Both the position numbers and the translations under genes were made by a program. Below are positions 52,541-64,000 of a stretch of DNA of 64,000 nucleotides, piece after piece. Each line of letters starts with the position of its first letter. Position 1 is the stretch's first letter. The stretch is from Chrysomallon squamiferum (Eukaryota; Animalia; Mollusca), in contig CM022669.1 of the NCBI GenBank assembly GCA_012295275.1, positions 17,174,001-17,238,000 of the forward strand. The letters run 5' to 3'. Below the pieces are notes generated by a model. That model worked only from the letters and a program-made list of their open reading frames with translations. It had not been told where the DNA came from and did no database searches.

Positions 52541-55500
52541 ATGATAAAAATAATAAAAATAAAAGTGTGTATATGAGAGATAATTCTGTAATGGATAGAC
52601 GTACAAGTTTTCGTAGTTGTGTCCCTTAATTCAAAACCTTTAGAAATGCGAGGGGGTAAAAGTCAACAACAAAACAATATAATGAGAGATGTCGCAAACA
52701 GCCAAATGATTGATATTGATGTGTTTTGTTTTTCTGCTTAAAAAAAAAAAAAAAAAAACCGGAAATATCTTGTTTTTGTTATTGTTGTTGTTGTTGTTGT
52801 TGTTGTTAATACAGGTTTAGGATTATTATGTAAAATATTTCACATTTTTTCAACAACATTAATTATTAATTCTTGAGCACGGCATCAAGGTTATTTCCAC
52901 AATATTACCAGTCGATTTTGAACGACAGATTTTTGCAAATATTTACATTTGGCTGTTTGTTTCTAAGTTCGTGTGTGAATTTTATTTTAATCAGTTTATT
53001 TTCAGGTTAAAGTTTTAGTGTGAAATATGATGGAGAATATTCAATATTCTGAACATGTGTGACAAACTTTGGGTGTTATTTGGCTAAAATAATTTCAAAG
53101 GTGTGTGTCTGTGTGTCTGTGCATGTGTTGTGCGTATGTGCATCTATTTGTAGGCATATCACATTCTATATGTGAGGCAAACAGGCAAAGTGAGAAACTT
53201 ATAAGAAAGATAGAAAGAGCATAGAGACAAAAAAAGAAATCAAGCCAGATATATCGTTTGTTTTGTATAATAAATAAGAATATTAATGAAGAGATTAACG
53301 TTGATAAATAAGAAAATCTATAATTTCTGAAATACTATAAGAGATTTTCATTTTCAAAATTCTATATAGATAATTTGTTCTTTTGTTGTTGTTATTTCTA
53401 ACAGTTAGCTTCCAGAGAAACACCAATTGTTGAAACATATCTAACAGTCTACATGAAATCTGATTGATTTTGTTATTGATTTGGTTACAGTCTGTTTGTT
53501 GTCATACAGCTACCATTATTGACCGTAACACCAAATACTGATTATGAAGAAAAAGTAACAGAAAAAAAAAAAGAATTAATCATAACATGCAATATGAAAT
53601 GTAGATATTTTTTCTTCTTCTTTTTATAAATTAAAATTAAAACACTTTTAATAATTATTAAGATTTTCGTTTATTTTTCAAGTATTACAATACACAAAGA
53701 CAAATGTGAAAAAGATAATAAATAAAAAATAAGACAGAAAAAAACAAACAACAACACAAAAAAGACAAATATGTGCAAAAATGAGTCCCGTGGACCTGAA
53801 GGACGGCACATAACTGTATTGATCGTAAACCATGAGTCGTTTAGATGATGATAGATATTATTATCGTTCTTTCGGAATACTTCGCCTCTTTACCGAATAG
53901 AAGCGAAATGTTCCGAATACCTTTAATCATTTCCAAAAATAAAAAATTATATAATAGAAAAGACTGAAACAGTAATAAAAAAGTAATAATAACAACAAAA
54001 ATAATAATAATAATTATTAATACTATTATTAATCATAAACGTATAAGTAAATGAAAGGACAAAAGAAAATGTATCAAACTAGATTTCAGTAAATCATATA
54101 AACGTTTACATATCAGAATGACAAAAAGTTAGCACTATTTTAAATTTTATTTACAGAGTCAAATGTTTCACAGATTTCTTTGCTAATAGTCAGTTATAGT
54201 CTGGTACCATTTCTTTTACAGAAGAGTGTAGCTTTTGTTGGTAAGCTCCCATTTGCTACACAGCTAACACCAGCAATCTTTTCCCTTGTACAAATATGTA
54301 GCATAACAATGAAATAATCGTTTATCAAGATAAGAGAGAAGAAATGTGCAGTATAGCTTTTTTAATATCTTAGCGATGGCAGTTAATAATGAATAATGAC
54401 AGCATACTGAAAGTATAAAATTATATTATAATGCCCAGACAACACTAAATAAAACTAAATTCGGTTAAGATCAGGCATACATGACTGGCTGCGGTTGCAG
54501 TATGCTCGACTTTGATCACTTAGATTACAAAACACGATATTCAAACTCATATTTAAAATCATGATTATATTAATAATATTTTATCAAAAATGTATACTAT
54601 TTCTTTATTCTTTTTTTGCGTTTCAGTCAGCTAAGCTTTTGCACTCAAGCTACTGATACAGACTTTATCTAACTGTTATTTGAAAAATTATTGAAAGGGA
54701 GACAACTGTTCTGCTTAGTTCATTTCAGTTCGCAATAGATCGTTTAACTGACTGCATAGCAACAACATTACATTATCAGTCTAGGGTCGGTTTGTCCCAA
54801 CGATTCGTATTAAAATATATTTAAAACACAATTGATCTGCTGGTACAGAATTACGTTCACGAAGGTCAAACACGTATGTATTTTAATTAAGTCATAGAGA
54901 TAGGAAATAGTTCAGATAAAATAAATATATCCTCGCCGTTTTCTAAAACCGACATATCCCGGGTTTTTTCTTGATGTTTTTGTTTTTCTTCCCAACGTAC
55001 AATGTTTTTTTCTCAGTCCAAGACGTATCTTCAAACCATCCCGTTACAGTGGAATTGGTTGGTGCAGAGACATTATTGGCTGATGGATATGATTTTCTTT
55101 AAATTTTGAATTCTTTAAACTTCGTTTACCGAATGAGAAAGAAAAATGGGTTAAGCTTGTTCGTGAAAGCGTATACAAGTATCTGAGTAAAAATAAAGAT
55201 TATTTTCTGAAATTAAATGATGAAGCTGATTTTTCTATCAAAATAATAAAATATTCATGATGATGATATAAATATTAATAATAAATTGTTTGCTATCATT
55301 ATAACCATCATAATCAATTGCTTTTTTTTTTTCCTGCTTTTTTTTTAAAAATTACATTTTTCTTATCTATAATGTCCAGTAACTGGAGCATGTGATAACA
55401 GTCAGTACGTAATCAAAATGAGGACAGGAAGTTATTTAATTAATAAACATATCTCATTTGATCGATATTTTGAATAAAACCAAATGGCAGAACACAGGTA

Positions 55501-56588
55501 ATATAAATATCACTATTGACTAATGAAATTGAGCCCTTGACACAATGTACATATGTATATTATTATAAACTCATAAATATTCACATACATACACTACACA
55601 TACACACATGTACAGTCAAACACACAGACACACACATATATTCAGTATGTGACTACACTGACCTCCCTTCAAATGACGAATAACAGAATGAATAACAGGC
55701 TGTGTTTATAGAAACTACTAATTTCATTTTGGTACGTCTGAATTATTACTGATCACAAAAATATTACCAATTAGCTATGAAAATCCTAGCCATCATTTCG
55801 AACCGTACCATTGTATGTATATTAAATAATAAAAAAAAATTAACAACAATATTAATAATAATGATGGTGAATTTGCCGATTCCCTATAATGTTGTATATG
55901 GATTTTTGTAATCAATTTGTGTTGCCTACTCAGAGATTCCTAATATCATACCTAAAACAATCCTTGTATTTGTGACATTATGAATATATATATATATTAA
56001 TATGATATATATTCTGTGATACGGGAACATGCCGATAAAATTAGGTTTATTGGTCAGATCAGTTTATTCAGAATGTACTTTTCATTTTGGCCCCAAGATA
56101 AAAAAAAAAAAATCAGCTTTGTGACATTTTATGAGCCTTCAGTGTATTGATTTATTTTGCTAAGGGTAATGCATACATACGTACATCATAAGGCCAAAAA
56201 AAAAAAAAATTCTGCTTAAGGCACTTGACATTAATAGCAAGCAGTAAACAACTAAGCAAATCCAAGAATAAAATATACAAAACACTTAAAATTAAATGAG
56301 TGAAAAAAAATAATTAAAAAAATAAACCATAGTATATATATATATATATATATATAGCATATTTACAAAGAATAAATAATTAACCCTATTTGACCTTTAT
56401 AATATTAACACCTGTAGCCTGTTCCTAATCTTGAACCTTATATAGAAAACAGATTTTAGAAATGTTCATAAAAAACAAAATGATGAGTGCCATTAATTTC
56501 TTTTAGTTGTTCCATACCATTTTATATATCATATCTTTTGCAAATTTATCTTAATTCTGCAAATAGTATCTGGCTATTTAAAGGGAAC

Positions 56589-56627
<39 letters not shown>

Positions 56628-57063
56628 GTAACGAAACCAATTTACTATGAAATAAATCCTCACACATATATATAAACATATCTGTGGTTTTAAAATTTAT
56701 TTTTAAAATGTCAGATGTCATGGTATTAAAAAAGCATTTTTTTAAGGAATTGGCCGATTGGATATATATATAAAAGCATAGCATACATCAGAACAGTTTA
56801 CATAAAAGACAAGCTAAATAATATATTGCGATAAAAACAAGTAGAAAATATTATGTGATGATGTGGATCAGGCTGTAGCTCTTTCTTTTCTTTAAAAAAA
56901 AAAAAAAAAAAAAAAAAATGAATACGCTATTGCACATACGGATAAACGTAATTTTGTTTGTATCTTTTGCTTCATTTTTATTACGTAAGATTTACAATTT
57001 AAAAAGAAGAAAAACGTTTTAATATTTTATGATAACGTATCCACAAAAATATTTTGTTAGTTA

Positions 57064-57136
<73 letters not shown>

Positions 57137-57620
57137 TTTTTATTCGTGGATATATAAATACCATTAGCAAAAGAAAGAACAAATAATAATGTCCCATCAC
57201 ATTTCTAAGGAACTGATTGAAGAGTATCAACTGATGTCCGAAATGTCTTATCCAATAATTTTCTGGGGGAAAAAATAATTCCGGTGATAATGATATTGTT
57301 ATGTAGCGGAAAAGCAACCTGTTACAAAACATCTGATTTCGAATTTTAAAGTATTAAAACCAAGATGTCACAACAATTAAAAGAACTTTAAAAATCAACC
57401 CTTCTATTGTTAATGACACCTCAGCAAACGAAATTATTATCTATTATTAACTTTGCACCACAAGATAGATAAAAAAAAGACCATGTGTTAAATATCCCGA
57501 ACTAATGCACGAAATCTGGAGATCCTTTGAACACACAGAGTTTACGTACGAAAATGATTCTCGACTGTTCAGTTACGTCACTATTATAACACGTCATTTC
57601 GCTATTACGTCAATAATCCA

Positions 57621-58708
57621 TTAATGGTTGCTAAGAGACCGATAGGTACCGGGAAATCGCGTTTTTGTTCCGTTTCGCGAATACGTCGACTCCACCTGGG
57701 AGCCGACGTCCCCGAAGTTGGAAATGCGACTAGTTAGAATGGGTTCGTCTCGCGAGTTGAACGAGAACGTCGTCACCACGCCGTCGTCCACTTCGCGGAT
57801 TTTGAGCGGCGGTCCCGCGCGGTATTCCCGCACCTCCTGATGGATTTTGAACATCTCCTCAACCTGTTTGTCGTCCTTGGCTTTTTGAAGGGTTTTCGCC
57901 TGCGTCGTGAGCGTGTTTCTTCTCTCGTTCAGCATCTGCAGTTTCTCTTCCAGTTTATTCTTTTCTTTATTGACCTCGTTTTCGGCTACGCCTTCTAACT
58001 CTTTTTCGCGATCTTCCAAAACCGCCTTCAGCCGACTGAAGGTTTCGTGAATTTTCGTTACCAGATCGTTACGGACTTTGTCGAGATTTTCCGAAGCACT
58101 TTGCAGAGTGTTCGCTTTCGCCTCAAGGGTAGACGACTCTTTTTCCAGCTCCATGATAGCTTTGTCTAAGACAGGTGTGTATTTTTGCATTGCCTCGTCC
58201 AAGTCCATCACGAGATGACCCTCTGTCTCTTTGTGGTCGAGAACAGTGCAGTCCCTACACACGGGTGAGATGCACGGCTCACAAAAGAAATTCAACGGCT
58301 GGAGACTGTGCTTGGAACAGAAATTAACCGTGTATCTCTCTGTGTGTTTGAGAAAATCGAGCAGCTGAATGACCCTGTGGTCCGTGGGAAGCTGTTTGAG
58401 ATTCTCCTCTGTGGTGACGAAACTTCCTCTGCAGCTGGGACAGTGGATGCTGACGGGCGTGGGCATTCCACGCAACGCCGGGGTCAGGCTCTGTCTGTAC
58501 TCCTGTTCTGTGTTGTACAACTGCTGAATGCAGGGCACGCAGAACGAGTGGTGACAAGGAAGGAGTTTTGGGGTTTTAGTGTCCGATATAGTGAACGTGT
58601 CTCTGCAGACCATGCACCTCAGAAAAGTGTCCTCGAAGTGGTCCTCGTCCAGAACAATGGAACGTTTGTTCGCTGCCGACTCGGGGTCTCTCTTAGCTAC
58701 TCCGAAAC
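57621..58708 (-). CDS. TRIM (RING-Bbox-coiled-coil) E3 ligase, large terminal coding exon
   Basis: TTTCAG acceptor at 58709, phase 1. RING C3HC4: CMVC...CHHSFCVPC...CPSC. B-box2: CSKH...FCEPC...CRDC...H...H. Long heptad coiled coil. Stop at 57621. Confidence 0.92.
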
Positions 58709-59146
58709 CTGAAACATTTAAAAATAAGTTAAAATTCTGTAGCTTATAAATGAGTTATAAAGATTTCATAAGCTATACATATAGAAACATATTCATTAAT
58801 TTACGAGGAAGCATATTTACCCATTTATAAGAAAATATTATGCTAGTTAATGAAAATTTCGTATGCACAACATATATAGACATGTATTGTTAATATAAAA
58901 TTTCAGTTTGAAAATGAATGTAAATGCTGATGCTAAATTATTTTATGTACTTTCATTCATTTTATCTTCTTCACACACAATGTTAGTCATACACAGTAAT
59001 GATATTACCAATAAAAAGACTAAATAATTATAATACTTTCTTGTACTACTAGCTTTAGATAAAGATCTCTATATAAATGATGCCTACAGTCGTACGCAAT
59101 ATCTGCTGTATTTTATTTTCGTCTTATAAATAAACACGCTTGGGTT

Positions 59147-59734
59147 TCATAGGAAGTGTCCTCTCCGGTAGTGATTGAAAAAAAAAAAAAAAAACGGACC
59201 CGTCTCATCGCACATATCCTTTTTTTCGACATCTCCGATATCTGTAGACAGATGTGTCTCAGTCTTAAACTCGTCTGTGGTATCATCAAGACTTTCACCT
59301 GCACTCTCCACATTAACGTTGAACTGTTTGACGTTAAACCGAGATTTCCAGGAAGTTAGCCAACCAGTCGATCCTTTGAAGTCGGGTACTCCTATCTGGT
59401 CGGCCAACTGAAGAGCTTTTTCTCTTAAAATCGGACCAGAAATGGGCATTGATTTCGATCTTGCCTTCTGAAACCACTGATGCAGCAATCCGTTCAGGTG
59501 TTTGAATTTGCTGTTCGTTAATCTTTTTCTCTCCGCCGAAATGTTGGTTTTGTGCAATATCCGGTAATGATCGCTACGTTTCAAAATATCGGAGACCGTC
59601 TGTCTTCCAATCTTGAACTGTGTGGCTAAATCTTTCTGTTTGCACTGTGGATTTGATGAAAACTCTTCTATTAACTTCACTTTAGTCTGCAATGAAAGTT
59701 CCACACGCTGTCGTTTCTTAGGTCGCCCTGCCAT
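59147..59734 (-). mobile_element. Truncated Tigger/pogo (CENP-B/TIGD-like) transposase ORF inside the TRIM intron
   Basis: ATG at 59734. HTH_psq-like 'RVELSLQTKVKLI...LATQFKIGRQTVSDILK', CENP-B HTH 'LHQWFQKARSKSMPISGPILREKAL...FKGSTGWLTSWKSRF', then the first catalytic motif 'DETG'. After a T homopolymer the rest of the DDE domain is absent. Confidence 0.88.
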
Positions 59735-61312
59735 TACGAAATTCAATGAGACAACGCCAAATATGCGCCACACGTATTTATGCAGACCTCTGCCGTTGAC
59801 ACTAAATCCAAAATGAGTGAAATCACTTAGGTATCAACACACACTATTAACTATTGTTAATCTAGCTGCATACGGTGGGTACAAGAAGCCCGATTATGTC
59901 ATCTCACGCCGCAGTCTAAATACGTGCAAACCTAGATTGTTTTTGTTTAAGACGTACTTGCAAAACTGTGTGACGCTGAAGAAAAATCTAATTATTATGT
60001 AACCTGTTCTTTTGTTCTGGTATACACAGCCGGTATCTGAAGTAGACAGCATCCTGATTAGTCAGGAGTTTTGTTTGTAACGGATTAACGATAGCTCGAC
60101 GGGACTTAGAAATGTCGATTTTGATAGAAATAACGGTTATATCAGTTATTGTATTATTTTATTTTATTATATAAACAGACAGATAACAGCTAGACACATA
60201 CATATACACACACACACCCATATACAGTAAAAATGAAAATGAAAATAAATTAAAGAAAAGAAGCGTACTGTTAAATAGTACTTCCTAAATTATAGAGAAT
60301 AATTAAATAGCTCTGTCTGTATTTTCAGACAGTTATTGTTTCGCTTTTTTCGAAACTCTTTTCACCATGAAAAAAATATCCTCCTACAGTGATGTTGTTC
60401 CCTCTTTCTGAAACTGTAGATGTCCACGTTACAAGAATTACAGCCTTACTTTCAAAGATTTGCTGGGGATTTTTCTTGGCGTTTTAGTTGGGCTATTTTT
60501 TTTTCTAACAACTATATTCTTTTCTCGTTCGTCTGTAACACTGTGACCTCAATTATTTCTCGGGCGTGAGCGCAAATAAACTATGAAATGAGATTCTTAC
60601 GTAACTCTGCGTCTTTCTGACTGGATGGAGTCTCGAAAACCAAATTTGTATCGATTACCAGTTGCTATGGACAGTTTTCTGTTCGATAGCTTTTATGTCC
60701 AAAAAAAGACAGGATCACTGGCAACGTGCATGTTTTATTATCTTCACCAATCCCAGTCGTCCATTCATCAGTGTGTCTTACATACCACACTGTAAAGTTC
60801 AGCGTGAACCCATGCCCATAATATTCAGCTGACTGCCCAGCCAGATTGTATTGTTTTAAATAACAGCAATGTTTTATTCATAGCCGGGAAGTACGCTCCA
60901 CTGGGAGAAGATACAAATCGATATTAGTGTTCTTAAAATAACCTGTGCATCGCTGTGCATGTAGTCAACACCGTGATAGAAAAGAGTGCAGTTCACAAAG
61001 ACAGTTAGTATTGATATGTGTGGCATTCTAGTGACTCGATAAAACGCGCTATGGCTTGTCCGAGGTGTCTAATTAGCTACTGCAAATAACAGATGTGTAC
61101 GTTTTATGTGCGTCGTTGAACAGGCAGGAAAGCCAATACCATGGCCTTTCAAAAAAAAAAAAAAAACCTGTCATGAAACACAGCTTAGAATGGAAAGCAA
61201 CCCAACAAACGTGTTATAAATAATTGACACATGGCACCTCAGTCTGCAACCACTTTTTAAATATTGTTATTTATTTATTCGATGATAATAATAATAATAA
61301 TAATTATAATTA

Positions 61313-61359
<47 letters not shown>

Positions 61360-62004
61360 GATGTGATCAGAGCTCTAAACTGAAGGTTTGTTTCTCGTCT
61401 GCTGAAAACGCTAACGACAAAAATTCACGACAGGTAACTTACAGCACAGTGAGAATCAAACTGTAACACGATATTAATGGTTCAATTTAATACGTAATTT
61501 GCAGGTGCAAGCCACAGATATGTTACCTGCTAGTGTCAGGTATAAATATTTATTATGTTCTTTTTTCATCGCTGTTGGAGACACTTCCTGTAAATGCATG
61601 GACTGGATCATAAATTAGCGTTTAAAGATTATCAGTAAAACAAATATTTCAGTGGACCCCCAAATTTGTCTTATGAAAACTGAAATTAATCTAAAAAAAA
61701 ACGAATTTTATGTGTATGTATTGGAATATGTGAGAGTGAATGTGTGTGTGCGTTTGTGTGTTTGTGTCTATATATGTATATATGTGAATGTGTGTGTGCG
61801 TCTGTGTGTGTGTGTGTGTGTGTCTGTGTGTGTGTGTGTTTATTACTATCTCTATAAAAGTAGAACAAAACCAGACTAAAGGCAAAAACTGATGCCGAAA
61901 GAAATATATATATACAGATCTGTTTATAAAACTTGCTTATAACTTTATTTACAAATTTGAAATGATTACTTAAAAAACGATGAGAAGTCCAAACTGCGCA
62001 CGCA

Positions 62005-62051
<47 letters not shown>

Positions 62052-62091
62052 ATATATATACGATACACACATATATGACAAGTTTACTTAC

Positions 62092-62186
62092 TTTCTGTGA
62101 GAGCTTTTGCCAACTCGTTGTCGGTGGAGAAATCTTCATCAACACTCTTTGCTTGGGCCATCATTGGAGGACCAGGGCGGAAGGTT
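62092..62186 (-). CDS. Upstream exon of the TRIM gene (first in-exon ATG at 62164)
   Basis: TTGCAG acceptor at 62187 and A|GTAAGT donor at 62091. Encodes (TFRPGPP)MMAQAKSVDEDFSTDNELAKALTE plus 1 nt, which joins in phase with the 58708 exon (A+GT = Ser, then FGVAKRD). 386 aa from the ATG; further 5' exons are likely beyond the window. Confidence 0.8.
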
Positions 62187-62601
62187 CTGCAAGACAAAAA
62201 TAACAAATCATTGATGAGAATGCGAAAGATATTTGTAAATTTGAAGTGTACTTTTCTTTGTCGTACATAGCAATATTTAAAAACACATTTTACGTACTTC
62301 AGATCTTTATTAATAATTAATTACGTTCTGAATTTACACAATAACCTTGTAGTAAGAACTGGTTTGAAAATGTTTAAACATTTAAATAAAAGATATTATA
62401 CCACTACCACTACCACTACCACTACCACTACCACTGCTGCTGCTACTACTATTACTACGATTATTATTATTATTGTTGTTGTTGTTGTTGACATCTACCA
62501 GTCTAACTACATTTCGTGATGTGATAACAAAAGGATGCACGGATTCCTACCAGTTTGTTGTCAGGGACATATTTTATTATCGTTACATGTTATTATTAGC
62601 T

Positions 62602-62635
<34 letters not shown>

Positions 62636-64000
62636 TTAAACGAATTACAAATAACCAGAATATGATAGGGTGTAACTTAATGAAATGAAATACGCTAACT
62701 GTAATGTTTTATTGTGGCTATAAAATGTTATTGTGCCGTAAGAAATAGGATCGTGATGTTTTCTGTGCTTATCCTGTACAACAAAAAGAAACAGATATGA
62801 AAAAAAAAAGAAAAAAAATATATCGAAGTTTTTTTAAAGAAAACAAAATTGTTAGATAAAGTGATAGGTATTTTTGAAAATATAAGTTGTTATGATTTAC
62901 CTGGAGGAAAGAAATGATTGATGGAAAGAAAAGATAAAGATGCTATAAGAATAAAAATAATATATTACTGATATACGAAAACTATATAAAATATTATTGA
63001 TATATGGAATTTGTAGTGTACTTTAAAAACTGCCAGTTTCCTGTTATTTCAAATTTAAATAAAATAAAATTAAATAAAATAAAATAAAATAAAATAATAA
63101 ATAAATAAAATAAAAATTATTAAATAACGTAAAAAATGTTACTTAATAACATACTATTTAATACTTTGCAGATACAGAAGTATATTATTCATCTTATAGC
63201 ATTTTTCTATTTGACATTAGTGTATTAAAAAACAAATAAAGATAACCAATAAATAGAAAAAAATATATTTTAATGTGACATAGAAATGATATCAATAACA
63301 GTCTTCATTGAATTATATAGAATTTAAGATGCATTATGAAAAAATATATAATTAGTTATATATAAGCAGGACGTTATAGAATATATGGTGTATCTTACCA
63401 ACAGTTAGTTACTGAAGAAGGGTTGATTAAACATGCCTTTGAAAGAAAGTAAAATGATAACAACAACTAAGATATAAGCTATCAAAATGCTCATTCATAT
63501 ACAGTCACTTAATTTAGCGATGTGTCAACAAAGCGATATATCACATCATGGCTTTTTCTTTCTTCTTATTTATTAATTGTTGTTATTGTTTTGTTCTGTG
63601 TTTTTGTGAAGAAAATAAAATCATAAATTACATCTCGTTGTCAAAATAAAATGTTTTCTGTTTGCGAACTAACAAAACTTCAAAAAAAAAAAAAAAAAAA
63701 AAAAAAAATAAATAAATAAAAAATAAAAGAAATATTGATTGATTTTTGTGTTTGTCCATCTCTCTCTTTCTCTCTCTCTTTCAAAAGAAATTATATATCT
63801 ATAAATAAATAATTTCTTTTTTTATATACGTGAAATAAAATATGCTTTAAAAAAAAAAAAATCTGAAATGAAAAATCATTGAAACAATTTTTAATAAAAA
63901 ATGTTTTCAATATGTAAACAAGTGTATCCATGACAATGTCTAGTTATGAATATTTATTTTGAATACTTTAACAAATAACATGAATGTTAGTTAAATCCTA

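Noticed and set aside
59085-60275. Candidate TA-CAGT terminal inverted repeats for the Tigger element
   Set aside because: 'tacagtcgtacgc' at about 59085 has only a gapped partial counterpart at about 60263, which is not convincing.

Overview
AT-rich, microsatellite-dense eukaryotic DNA. The gene and repeat content (intronless orphan GPCRs, a LicD/fukutin-type gene, an FkbM-type methyltransferase, Nin/Deu-core-like SINEs) suggests an invertebrate, most likely a gastropod mollusc; this is inference. Recognisable genes: two intronless class A GPCRs arranged head-to-head plus a decayed GPCR fragment (3.2-13.4 kb), an intronless LicD/fukutin-related type II membrane nucleotidyltransferase (35.3-36.4 kb), a disrupted FkbM-like methyltransferase (48.8-49.7 kb), and a spliced RING-Bbox-coiled-coil TRIM gene (57.6-62.2 kb, minus) whose intron holds a truncated Tigger/CENP-B-type transposase ORF. 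There is also a Ginger2/KRBA2-like integrase remnant. The most notable feature is not resolved by the ORF track: a cluster of three paralogous 3-exon genes at 17-28 kb. They share a CCAAT-TATA-Inr promoter, a ~38-nt non-coding exon 1, an AG|ATG exon 2 and a conserved 3' UTR. After splicing, each encodes a 61-aa secreted precursor: a signal peptide, a spacer (acidic in A and C) and a Lys/Arg/Met-rich helix with no Cys in the mature part. I do not recognise the family. Most other ORFs in the track are microsatellite or antisense artefacts.
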